In this document: positions 37,929 through 50,469 of the stretch, piece by piece
Layout: each line of letters opens with the position of its first letter
Position numbering within the stretch: the stretch's first letter is position 1
NCBI GenBank assembly: GCA_030141605.1
Contig: JAQGDQ010000671.1
Coordinates: 1 to 64,000 of the forward strand
Direction of reading: 5' to 3'
DNA from: Tubiluchus corallicola
Taxonomy: Eukaryota > Animalia > Priapulida
DNA length: 64,000 bases
The notes under the pieces: generated by a model
Seen by the model: only the letters and a program-made list of their open reading frames with translations
Told to the model about the DNA's origin: nothing
The model's database searches: none
Position numbers and translations under genes: made by a program

Positions 37929-39983
37929 CCTGCACTATTGATCTGTCTCTTTAGCGGCACTTTTCTAAGTAATCCAACTGCTGCTACCATGTTATGAAAC
38001 CAATGTGCAGCATAGCAACTTTGGTGTCATCAACGTACAATATCAACGCCTTTAGCTAAAAAGAGTTCATCGACCGTTCACCAAAACCGGGAATTTCAAT
38101 GACAAGCGGGGAGATTTTTCACAGTAAATTTCAATAACAAGCATGGAGATTTTAGAGCCCGTGACACAGAAACACTGCGTGCTGTAATAAATTGATATAG
38201 CGAGCTGATATGTGAAGCTAAAAATGCAAGTATTGGCGAAAGTATTAGAAAGCTTTGTTCTCAAATTTGCTTACAGATTTTAGCTACTTGTACATTATTA
38301 TATCATATATTATACATTATAATTAGAGCTTAGTGACTATAAGCCTGTGAGTTTCGGTATCATAGGCTATTTATGTTACGCAGCATAACATATGACCGAC
38401 TGTTCTTTCTAGCAAAAAGCCAAAATTATTTAATTGTTGAAAAAGCTGCGCTGAAAAGTTCTCAATCTATTTCCTCCTGAATATTTGCAGTACTAAAATA
38501 CATTGTGAAATGCGAGTGAGTACGTTTGAGTAAATTACAAAATACTACATTGACAAATCATTACCATTGACAAGTTATTGAAGTTAACATATTCGAATAG
38601 AGATCGACATGCTTACTAAACACTTAGACCTAAATGTAGAACTAACGTGTCGCTCTGAAGCTAATACCAAAAACTCATTGATATAGTCTGTCATATAAGT
38701 GTATTTGAGGACAATAAAGTATCTTACGTCTTTTTAGTATTCACGGTCATGCATGAAAGTCTCTGTATGCTCAACTGACAGCTGATTTTGGTGTATTTCA
38801 GCGGCCAACAAGTCATCGAACATCAGAGTGGTCATTTGCCATTTTAAAAATGTGTAGCCTTTTTAGTTCTTCTAATGTGGACAGTGTACCTAGTTCTTTA
38901 TTTTTATTACTATAGCATGATCTCTATATGTATTTTAAATAACAATGAACTACATTTGAGGTCTGTCTATAAAAAAAACTCCAATAAACGTAACGCGAAA
39001 TAGCCGTTAACGATAAAGTGGAAAAATCCTGAACAATCATTCTCATTTCTTTGAACTCACTTCTTTCAGGTTTGGTTTCAAATTGTATGAGCAAAATGGA
39101 GAAAGAAGGAGAAGGGAGGTCTAATCTGATGTCTCGGGTTCAAATCCCGACTAGTCAACAATTTTCAGCCTCTCCTTTCCTTCAACTCATTACCTGCAAT
39201 AGGTAACAATTGTTGAAAAATAAACTGCAATGGCTTATGAACATTCCTGCATTCACAGTTGTAATCTAATTAAATAAGGAGAAGAATTCCACTTACTTGA
39301 TTTACCTCGAGTTCATGGAACACCTTACCCTTTTATCCAACAGTGGTCAATTGGTCAAAATGGATTGATGGTTAGTGGATATAATATAAAAAGTAATTGA
39401 CGTCTAGTTGTAGATATTATTACAATTGCGTATAACCAGCACTAGGATTAGTCATTAATGAAATTTATACCATTAATTTTGTAATTTGTTTACAGTTCGT
39501 TGCATGATAAAATGGGGTTCTGGAACCAATGTGCTCCAAACAGTATTTAAAGGATTTAACTTTTGCTGAATGATCGATGACTTTGGAAAACTGATGAAAA
39601 TTAGTGACCAAAAGGCTGATGGAACAAAAGTCGATCTATAGGCATAAGAGATGAAAGATCAATGATTAGATTAGATTAGATTATTCAATAAAAAAGCCAT
39701 ACGAAAACACAAAGCATTTACATTAAACAATAATAATGACACCTAAATACACAAAATGCCATTACTACATAAAATACTTTCAGTAAATAAATATTCATAA
39801 TTATCACGTTCAAGGATTATTATTTACAAACAGTCAGCTGTTAGCAACAGAGCTATTCAAATCAATGCTTGATCGCTAGGCATACTAGAGAGTAAAAGCA
39901 TTTTAACTTTTGTTGTTCTTTAAACTTCTTTTTCAGAATCAAGTTCATTTGTATATGTTCTTTTAATTCTTCAACACTAGATG

Positions 39984-40286
39984 TTCGGGGGGGGGGAGTA
40001 AACCCCTACCGGGCGCATCCCCCGGGTGGCGGATGGGGGACTCCTGGCTCACGAGCCAGGGTGCTCCGAATATTCAAATAAGGAGCTGTGGACCAAATCC
40101 TTCAGGATAGACCTAGCAAGTCACTGAAGTACTTTTTGCTCAAGTAACTCATGGCGAACACAACTGGACTGGTGGATGTGGAGGAGGAGAAGACGTATGA
40201 AGGCAGAGACACCTGGGGGGACGTTATCAAGTGTTCGCCGGCTGACAGATGAAAATCTACCAGGAGGATGGTGAGAAGGTGAGAAG
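39984..40286 (+). mobile_element. Short non-autonomous RTE-like retroposon (303 bp) with 11-bp TSD
   Basis: GC-rich island flanked by the perfect direct repeat AACACTAGATG (39973-39983; 40287-40297). The 5' part GGCGCATCCCCGGGTGGCGGATGGGGGA...GAATATTCAAATAAG resembles recalled RTE-clade 5'UTRs. The 3' end is a short tandem tail, GGTGAGAAGGTGAGAAG. Confidence 0.75.
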
Positions 40287-40747
40287 AACACTAGATGGCA
40301 CTACGATGCAGCGTGCTTACTGGCTAGAGGTAGGCGTCCACATTCCGCCGAAGATAAGGTAAAACTCAAAAATAATGGTTAAATCGTGTTAAGCTCTTGT
40401 TATTTCTGAATTGGCTGTCATGCTTAAGCAGTGTGATGATTTAAAGTAGAAGTTCCCAGTAGTGACTATATATTTATTCGCGGGCGGCGTTGTTGATTTA
40501 TGATGATTGGTTAATTTTAGTGATAATGTTATCGTTTGTAAAAGTAACAAGCAATGATAGACGTAGAAATAAAAGGAATAAACGATACTGAATGTCAATA
40601 GAAGTTGGAAATAATTGACAACAACGACGGAGAGTAAAATCAAAACATTACGAAACGCCAGCGATAAAGCGAACATTACATTTTTAACTGCATTCATCGA
40701 AAACATTTATGAAAACTTTTGAAAAAAATGAAAGTTTATTTCTGTCA

Positions 40748-43700
40748 TCAGATATTATCAAATATCTTGTTTTGATAGCTACTGTCAACGTTATCTATCA
40801 AACTGAGACGACTAGTTATGCTGTCAACACTAATAGTGGAACCACCGGTCTTTTCTAACTCGCCGACCACTTCTTCAAGAACCTGAACAATGTGGTTTCT
40901 ATTAGCAACAGGTGGCATGATATCAGCAAGATCTTTCATTTCTTCTGGATGGTGTGCCACTTCTTCGATGATGTCCATGACATCTTCTTTCTGACTTACT
41001 TGCGCCCATGGCAACACTTCTGCACGGATGAAGAGGAAGTAGATTGTGGCACCGAAGACTTGCAGTGCCAAAGTTATGTAGAAAACGATTTGCCATTCTT
41101 CTTGCGTTTTCTACAAAAATGTACATTATTGATAAAGTTCTTGAGGTCTACAGCAGAATGTTTCTTCAGTTAAATTTTCACTGAAAACGTAGCTAACGGT
41201 TCTCAAGCGCAACTAGCTAGCGACACGTCATTTTGGTGGATCGAACTTTGACAATTCCCTAATGAAATTTTTAAAAGCGTATTTGACCTAGTAATATGTT
41301 GGTCATTTCGAGCCACTGCCTAAAATTGCGCATTGCCTTGCTGCTTTCGTTTAAGTATCTCAAAGACAGCTTGAGTGAATGGTAAGGCCACAATAAACTT
41401 TCTAGAACAAAGATACGCCATTTAATATTTAAACTTTGTGCGAACTTTAGGTCCTACTTCCATAAACTAGTGGTTGCACTCAGTATTAGTATTGCGACAT
41501 AAAATGAAAAACACTTAGACGTTAAAAATAAATTAAATAACAAAGAAAGTAATAAGCAAAATGTTGATAAAACATTATAAGGCCTGCACACGTATATTAA
41601 ATGAAAGACGTGAACGTAGGTTTACTCACGTTTGCTGTAATTTTTGCGATGACAAGTGGCGCCACCATGCCAGGAATGCATGAAAACGTGTTGCTGAGAG
41701 CATAGATCACACCACAATATCTGGGCAGGACATCCAAGTGGGAGGAGCTGCACCCCGAGGGGTAGAAAGCGCTCAGACTTTGACCAATAATCATAAACAG
41801 CACTGCGAGGGGCGCTGATGAGCAATCGACTTGAGACGCCACAACGAGGAAAACTCCTGGTCCAACCATGCCTAAATGGAAGATAATGCTTTTGGCATAG
41901 CTTTATTATCCTTAAATTTCATTTTATTCACACAAATACGATTAAAGTTATTTTTTGTTTGTTAAGCTGGTATCGAGGAGTTTGAAAAAAGTTGACGATA
42001 AAATTTGAGCTTTGAAACCAACTAAAACAATTGTCGACGCTGTAATGTAATAAATATACGTGCCTACACAGGCAAGGTAAACAGGCCAGCTATGTCAACC
42101 GTTTCAGTTATCCATCTTAGTGTGAATAAATATGTGGTATTTTTCTTTTGCATTTCACTCAACACAAATAAGTAATGAATGAGACGCAATTCTGAGTTTT
42201 CTCAAATACATGACATACGTGTGATTTAAGTTGTTTTTAATTTAAATTAAAATTTATGCAATGATACATCAAGTCATCAACTACAATAAAGAAAAAAATG
42301 ATTGTTACCAGTTGTGTTCCAAATTCTTCTGACCCAGATCTTCTTCATGTGTCTTTTACTGATCAAAAAATCAGCCAAAGTTGAGGCAAGAAACAGTGTC
42401 ACCCAGACGGCAAAATATGGCAAAGCTGATACCAAACCATTCTAACAAAAAATCGATATCCTGATGCAACCAAATAATAATATACATAGGCTGGAAAATA
42501 CTGTTAAAGTTTCCTGAATAATGTGAACTTGAATCGTTTTTACCTTTTGTAAATCGAACTTTAACACTTCATACATGAACGTTGGTAGATTGGTTAACAA
42601 GGTGTAAAATCCCCACGAAGAACAAAACATTGTTAGTGAGAGAATCCATGGCATTGTTGATGAAAGAATCTTCATCCACGGTACGTCGTGATGCTACAAA
42701 ATTTAATGACTTGACAAAAGGGTAGCATAATTAAAGTACGGTACGTTAAGCAATGTAAAGCCAATTAAATGATAGCTCATACGTATTTATTAAAATAGGA
42801 ATTTCACTAAAACACTAAAAGCAAAACAGAAAAAGTTTCCAAGCGTAAACTGCAGCATTTGGCAGTTATCCTCAGTGGTTTAATTTTTGTTGCAGCTTTA
42901 CAAGCCATGAAGGTGTATATAGGCCTTACTACCTACAGTAAGTATACACATACTTAAAAAGCCATTTGATGACATGTAAATAAGCAAATACAGTAGCTAT
43001 TCAAACAGAAAGTTCACCAGTATTATGAAAACAATGATTTCGCAGTGTTGTAACTATTGTTTTACATTTCAGGTTCTTTCGCAATCACATAAGGAGAACA
43101 TTTAAGCAAAGTTAATCCAAGATTCAAAGTTTGCAATGTAGATAATCAGTCGGACAAAGAATGTTATACTCTGTATGTTAACAACACAACCAAGACCAAA
43201 TGCATGCTTGTAAATGGTAAATTCTGCAAATCTTGGATTTGGCCCATATTTTAGCTTAAATGATACCCTCCTAAATGTTGTAATTCTCATAATTTTATTT
43301 AGGTTGTATATTCACTTCGGATTTTCGTGATGATGAGGCTATGAAAGCGCAATTAAAAGGTTTTTATGTAAGGACAAACAGTAAATTCGTTAAAGGACAA
43401 GAAAAGGCCTTGTTAAAGCAAGTCTCAGAAAATTTTCGCGAAAGAATTGTAACGGTTAGAGGCAACCATTGGGAGGCTAGAGGCAGCTATTGTTAAAGTA
43501 GACTTTGTAATGTTTGCCAGTAAGAGTTTGCAGGTCCCTTGCTGTTGTTTTTTTGTAATTGTTCTCCCTGTTATTGCTATTAATATAACAGTGACAATGA
43601 CAGTATGATGATGATGATAAAGATGGCAAAGTGGTTTTTAGTGAAACAGTATAGTAAATGTGAACTTAGGGAAAATACAGGAGATTTAGCATTTATCATA

Positions 43701-46700
43701 CTCACGTTAAAAGAATTTCCTGTTTGTTTTCATTTTAAATACTCCCGCGAAACTGTCACGGCGGCGCCATGTTAGATGGCGTCACAGAACCACTACACAA
43801 ATCTTTATAGTACAAGTGCTCAGAACTCACTGCGACTGAGTTCGAGTGATGTTATACCACGTGATCAGTCACATGTTAGCTTTTCAAATGGCGGACTAAA
43901 TGAAATATGTCTGCGCCAACATTTACTGCAGCGGTTGAAATATTTTACAAAAATTGGAATAAATGCAAAAACGTCAGTACTTTATTCGCTTAAGATTATA
44001 CTTAGTCATCTAGGTATAAATTTTTATTGCGAATTTTCTGAGGCTTACTTTGGTTGGCCATTTTCTTGTCCTTTAAGTTCCCTAGATGTAGTTATGTACG
44101 GCTGTTGTTCAAATCGTACGTGCGTAAATTTTGTGCGTGTGCCTAGCAATAACACATTTCATAAGCTTTTCAACTTTTTGGTAGATGTAGGACAAATGAA
44201 AAATTTGTTAGTTTTAATGTTACACGCTATAACATTATTACAAGAACGATAATTGGATCATTTGTATCTGAGCTGGCACAACTACTCAATGGTAGGCAAT
44301 TAGAAAACTGTATGTTTACTGTTCGTATCATGAACCATATATTCCTCTATGCACTGTATATTTACGTATTATGTCTGTGTACGTATGTATGTATTCTAAA
44401 ATATTCTAATTAGTTTCTATTGTAATTTCGTAATATGCTGTATAACTGAGTTACATTTTTCACAATGCTACATACTTTCAAATACAATGCTATAAAATAA
44501 TATTAAATGAATAAATAAAATTATCGCAATAGCACAGAAAACAGTGAACAAAAATGATTTACAATGAACTGACCTTTTTCTCTATCTTATGAACTTCTCC
44601 TTCTAGTGAGTGTAGAATAAGTTTTTTCTCTGCAGCACGTATTTTTGGATGTTCTAGCGGCGAGTCGTACACAGTGTAGAAAAAACAAATTGTCACGGCG
44701 AATCCTAACACTCCTTTAAAACGGTGTTGGTATATTAGTAAAAATCATAATAAAGCAGAGTGCGAAAAGACAGACTAAAATATAACTGAGAACAACACTG
44801 TATACAGGAGATCAAAGAAGTGCACAGTAAAGCACAGCACAGCAAAACAACATACAACAGAACAGAACAGAACAGAACAGAACAGAACAGAACAGAACAG
44901 AACAGAACAGAACAGAACAGAACAGAACAGAACAGAACAGAACAGAACAGAACAGAACAGAACAGAACAGAACAGAACAGAACAGAAAGAACAGAACAGA
45001 ACAGAACAGAACAGAACAGAACAGAACAGAACAGAACAGAACAGAACAGAACAGAACAGAACAGAACAGAACAGAACAGAACAGAACAGAACAGAACAGA
45101 ACAGAACAGAACAGAACAAAGAGCAGAGCCGGACAAATTGGAGTAAAACGCAATAGAGCTGAGTAGGACATAGCAACGCACATCAAACAAGGACAGAACA
45201 GGGTATGATAAAAGAAAGGGGCAAAGAAAGCAGAGTAGACTGAACAGAGCATTGCACAGCACATCAAGAGAAATCTGAACATGACAAAAGGGCAGAGCAA
45301 ACAAAATAGAACGAAGCAGGGAGAAACTAAAGACAGCAGACTTGAGCTGAGTAAAACAGTTGGAAACAAATGACAACTGCATAAGAAAACAAACTTATGG
45401 CACAGCAAAGAGTACAGAAGATCAGAGAAGAATGGCATCGCAGAGCAAGACGGGGAGATTAGATAAGTCGACTCAAGCAATGAATCCGCCACATGTGCAT
45501 AGTGTACATATATGAATTTACATAAACGATGAAGTCGATTTGATTGTCCTACCAAAAAAGTGAAACGTCCACTCCCAACCGATGGTACTGCATATGACAC
45601 CAGACAGTGCCAACGTCAGAATATTACCCATATGCATTCCTGCCCCTGCGTACGACAGCATCCGGCTTCTCTCGTTAGGTGGCGCCCATACTCCCAATAG
45701 ACCATAGTAGCAAGGAAAAACGACACCCTACGACAAAAAACAAAAGTTGTTGCTATTTATACGGCATACATGGAGGTTTACTAAGGACCGATTTCAATTA
45801 TCATTTTAGTATGTAGAAGAAAATTAGCAATATCAAGGTAGACTCTTTAATACTAGACATTGAACAAGCGTGACTGTATCAGCCAGGTACGGATGTCCAC
45901 GATCTCTCTCAACAAGGTAACAATGCGGAATAAGTGTAATGAATGAAGCCATCCAGAGCGAATGTTGAACTCAGACAGCGAAAACGATTCATAGGCCGAT
46001 CTCAGTAATGCTTGATTACGGTCAGAAAGCACGCCCGTGACCACTCGGTTAAGTAAGTTACCACAATTCGTTCAAGCAAATCATATACTACCTGGAGTAT
46101 TCCGTGAAATATTCTCAATGAAGCCAACATGTATGGATGCACTTTAGCAGAAGCTGGTGACAATATGGACACGAGTGAACCGAGCATCATGGACGTCCCC
46201 AGCGTGACTTTTGCACCATACTTTCTCTGCAGCCATCCGCCAGGTAATTGTGTCAGTATGTATCCATAAAAGAATGAAGCCAGGACAAGACCTTGGGTGT
46301 CCTTATCCCATTCAAATTTGCCACCTGCAAGAATGAAGCCAATGACTGCCAGTCCAACATGGCTAACATGACTAATATGGCGCCGTATCGGGTTCCAAGA
46401 TGTAATACGTAGCAGGGCACTATTCTGTTATGTTTTGTATAAGTGTTTATCATATTTTATTAAGTTTATTATGTTACTAAAGCTATTTATTACTGGCAAG
46501 GCCCCGCAAAAAAATTGCGTATAAAACGACTCATAATCAAAAATACGCGAACATCCTACCTAGTGTTTGTTTACTTACCTAACACAAAGCCAGAAGCTTT
46601 TACTGAATTAAAGTTTAAGGTTATAGACCGAGTATAATGGATGACGTCAGAACAATGGCTTTGCGTGAGCAGTTTTCCAAGCGAAAATAGGCAAAAATAG

Positions 46701-48280
46701 AACATGTAATTAACTCATCGTCACTCCTCTTGGTGGACATGTCCTAAAATATAGGCGACATAATCGTGTAGCACTGTTCTTTCTGTTTCTAAAGAGCTAT
46801 ATATCTCGTTTCGAGTGTCCGACCAGGTGCGGCAATAACGTTTTTTCAGCATGCTGTTTGGTCCAAATTTCGAAAAAATCACTGATAATATTTGTTATTT
46901 TAGTGTTTCATGGGAGTGGTAAAGTACGTTATAATTGCTGTGGAATGTATAAAAGTTAAATAACTGTTATATTATATGACAATATAATGGTAAATAACAA
47001 AATTTCATATTAAATATATTTTGTTTTTAATAAAGCTGGTGAGCATTTTTGGATTGGTTTAACCGACATACACGAGGAGGGTGACTGGAGGTGGTGCAAC
47101 AGGTCGACCTGCCCTTTTTACTTCTTGGAACGTAGCAGATGGCAAACCGGATAATTACGGCGATGGCGAAAGTTGCGCCATCGTGCGGGAAAATGGGAAC
47201 ACGTGGAATGACTTCTCGTTTTATACAGCAAAATTTCCGTATATTTGTGAATCCTAGGCGACAAGCTAGATTACTTATCACGGAAATCCGAATTTTTGTC
47301 CTTTTTTAAGTCGTTCACCTCCGTTCTTGAAAAAGTAAAAAAAATCGATTCGATATAAGCTAATATTAAACATGTTTGTATACTGTTATTACTGATTTTT
47401 ATACTGATTATTAATAAACGAAACTTAGTGTAGATTTTACTGGTGTTTGAGGAAAATTTATACGCATTAGTACATGTTTCTATGTAGCAAGTTTGCAATT
47501 CTTGTATATCACGAGCATCTGCTTATACACGATTACGGCGTTGAAGATACCGGTTGTTCAAATTAGGTTGATGACACTGGTTCTCGTCTGATCACCGAAG
47601 TTAAGCGACGTAGAGGCGGGTTAGTACTTGCATGGGTGACCGACTAGGAATACCAGGTGGTATACTTGCTGGATGTCCACACTGTATCTCGAGTAAGTGA
47701 GTGAGTGAGTGAGTGAGTGAGTGAGTGAGTGAGTGAGTAAGTAAGGTATCTCCAGTAAGCAAATACATCTCGTTTAAATTGCTCTAAACTAATGTGCAAC
47801 GCATTTCACCTGTTCTTACCCGTTGAAGGTGTGGAATCTGCTTCACCACATTCAGAGTCTGTAGGCGACTCTTTCTCGTCGTTCACAGTCGTGTGGTTGA
47901 CCATGCAAACAATGGCAAAGCTCAGATTGACACGCTGTCCATACAAAACCAGGAAGACGAAGAAATGCACGAACACTATCATGTAACGACTGGTCTTCCA
48001 TAATGGAACTGAAAAACATAAGCACTTAAATGGTTACAGGTCACGCATACAGATAATTTACATTTCGATACTGCCCTTTGGTAGCACGCGCTGCAACTCG
48101 TGCAATATAGAACATTACACAACAGCTCAAACTCATACTGTAGTCTTGGTTCAATAAGTTTCTTTATCGCCCATAAGCAACGTAGTAAAGTAATGGTTCG
48201 CTTTTGGCCTATTTTCTCAAAAATAAATAAAATGTCTAAATTTTAAAAATTACCGTACTATTTTCTGCACCATGAATCAT
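40748..48280 (-). CDS. SLC17A5: SLC17 family (sialin / Na-dependent phosphate cotransporter-like) MFS anion transporter, about 548 aa
   Basis: Exons (minus): tentative 48280-48259, then 48008-47820, 46324-46092, 45727-45553, 44713-44574, 42693-42544, 42441-42309, 41871-41630, 41110-40748, all phase-consistent GT-AG. Motifs YGQRVNLSFAIVCMVN, FEWD..QGLVLASFFYGYILTQLPGG, WAPPNERSR, DSPLEHP, VPW..I, WGFYTLLTNLPTFM, NGLVSALPY, SNTF..IPG, EWQIVFYI. The first coding exon is uncertain and the symbol is family-level only. Confidence 0.9.
43394..44072. mobile_element. Non-autonomous Kolobok-type DNA transposon (679 bp)
   Basis: TTAA on both flanks (43390-93; 44073-76). Long imperfect TIRs AGGACAAGAAAAGGCC..AAAGCAAGTCTCAGAAAATT / AATTTTCTGAGGCTTACTTT..GGCCATTTTCTTGTCCT, starting with purines (AG). 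Confidence 0.75.
44838..45118. repeat. (AGAAC)n pentanucleotide microsatellite with degenerate flanks to about 45460
   Basis: Seen directly; intronic in the SLC17 gene. Confidence 0.97.
47036..47257 (+). pseudogene. C-type lectin domain 3' exon relic, nested antisense in an SLC17 intron
   Basis: After the acceptor ttttaataaag| it reads GEHFWIGLTDIHEEGDWRWCNRSTCPF. After a 1-nt frameshift in the T run (47115-47119) it continues TSWNVADGKPDNYGDGESCAIVRENGNTWNDFSFYTAKFPYICES*. WIGL, xPD, E.C, WND and YICE motifs are present; the Cys after WND is Phe. Confidence 0.85.
47524..47665 (+). pseudogene. 5S rRNA-derived sequence (pseudogene or SINE3 head)
   Basis: GGTTCTCGTCTGATCACCGAAGTTAAGC (box A region)...GGTTAGTACTTGCATGGGTGACCG.CT.GGAATACC.GGTG matches invertebrate 5S rRNA. 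The 5' TATAC pairs with the 3' GTATA. There is an insertion of about 27 nt at 47556-47582 and no oligo-T terminator. Confidence 0.85.
47691..47745. repeat. (GAGT)n microsatellite
   Basis: Seen directly; bracketed by GTATCTC(G/C)AGTAAG at 47684-47697 and 47746-47759. Confidence 0.95.
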
Positions 48281-50053
48281 TGAAACTCAGGAAAGAATCT
48301 CGCAACTAGCAGTGAGTTCTGTGTTGTATTCCGTCTCGATTTTTCGGTCCTTGTTGGCTCTGGCAAAAACAGTCACAGTTAATTATAGCAGCTAACAGGT
48401 TACACCAGTCCGTCATCGGTGGTTCATGTGACGTCCATGTATTGAACCTGTATTGAAAATTAGCTATAGGCATGTATAAGGTTTTGCATGTATAGAGTAT
48501 AAGTAAACGTTTAGAGCCTGGCACAATGAAAAAGAAATACTTTCATGCGTCTTTTATGACAAATACCGCAAAAATTCAATTGTGCCAGGAGAAATCTTTT
48601 TTATCACCAAATATTTTTTTGTTTTATTCACGATAAAGTTACAATACATATTGTTTAGCTGTGATCTACGCTGTAAGATCAGCAAAATGTCGCCATTGAG
48701 CAGAACAGAAGACAAAATCTATATCATCATGCCACAGCAGCCACACACACACAGTGATTGTGCTCCTTATGATTCTTATCGTTTGATATATTTGCTTTAT
48801 AAACTGGGTCTTATACTCAAGCCGTGCCAGAGATTCTACAACATAGTTTGTTTGTTTGCTATTTTGGTAGCTATGCTGTACCTTGTTGTTTACTAGGCCT
48901 ACGATGCGATCAGCTCTGCGAGTATTCGAGTGTTCGTCGTGGTATTCCACTGCAGGCCGATGCAGAACACTAAAGGCTTGTTGTTCCAAACAAAAAAGTC
49001 TAACAAATTCTGCAAATATCCATTGATATACTAAAGTAATATGCAATATTTTCAAATAGGCAAACATTCTTATAATTTCAAAAATTCCAATAATAATCTG
49101 TTATATTTCGCTTTGCTTTTGAGAAACATTTCACTGTGAATTGCGGTAATCTTGTCAGTGATGTGACATTTGAGAATAAAAACAATACTGAAAAATTAAT
49201 ACATTGATCACGAAGTTGGAAGCAGCGGAAAGCGGTTTGACAAGTCAGTCAAACTGCTATAGATGTTTATTGCTTCATTTCGGGTGGCCACTGCCCATAT
49301 ATATTAGGTACAAGTTTTGATCACGATTTTACAAGAAAAAGGAATCAGTTGAAAATTGCTACACTTTATTACTTACATTTAAGTATAAGCGGGAATAATC
49401 TTAGGTCATTTTCTTAGATTTTTCCAAAGATACAAAACTTTTAAAACAACAAGTCAAATAATAAGTGCCGAAAAAACTTTGTTTATTCGTACACAGTACT
49501 ACTAAAATTTGCAGCAAATTCCTGCAAATATGTCTGGAGAGGACATCATCTTCGCTGCAAACTGATCGAAGGCGTTGCGTTTCTTCCAACAGCTGACATA
49601 GTTTCTCATTTCCAAAGGATGTTTGGTCTTAACAGTCAAAAAGTCTTTGTCTTTTGTTGCTCTGCATCAAACTGCGCTGTGCGGCCATACACACTTTCTA
49701 TTTAAGGAAATTCCAAAAATCGTAATATAGAGAATTAAGCCCCATTTTTTGCCAATAAAAATCTTCATCAGGTGGTTTGTTTTCTCTGGTGATGACCATG
49801 ATAAAAACTGCTTGATTTTTTTTATAGTTTTGCTGGCATGTATTAAATGCTTTATATGTCACTGAACGTGGTTGTTTTACAGTTGAAGATTATTAGCTGG
49901 CTTTGTTCCGTCGTTTAATTTTTTAACACGCAAAAGCTTTTCGGTCATAACTTAAAACCTCCAACTATAAATTTGTAGCTTTCGCAGCCAAAAGCTAATG
50001 TAGTACCAAACGTTGAAATTTCTATTTTGTAGGGTACTAGCTTCTAATATTAT

Positions 50054-50469
<416 letters not shown>

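Noticed and set aside
39100-39170. tRNA gene (GGTTCAAATCC B box; similar box near 55480)
   Set aside because: No A box or cloverleaf; at most SINE debris.
43776-44252. 158-aa ORF
   Set aside because: It runs across the right TIR of the Kolobok-type MITE and has no transposase motifs.
44735-45600. Long ORFs of 108-262 aa (CSVLF / NRTEQ repeats)
   Set aside because: They are translations of the (AGAAC)n microsatellite, which has no stop codons.
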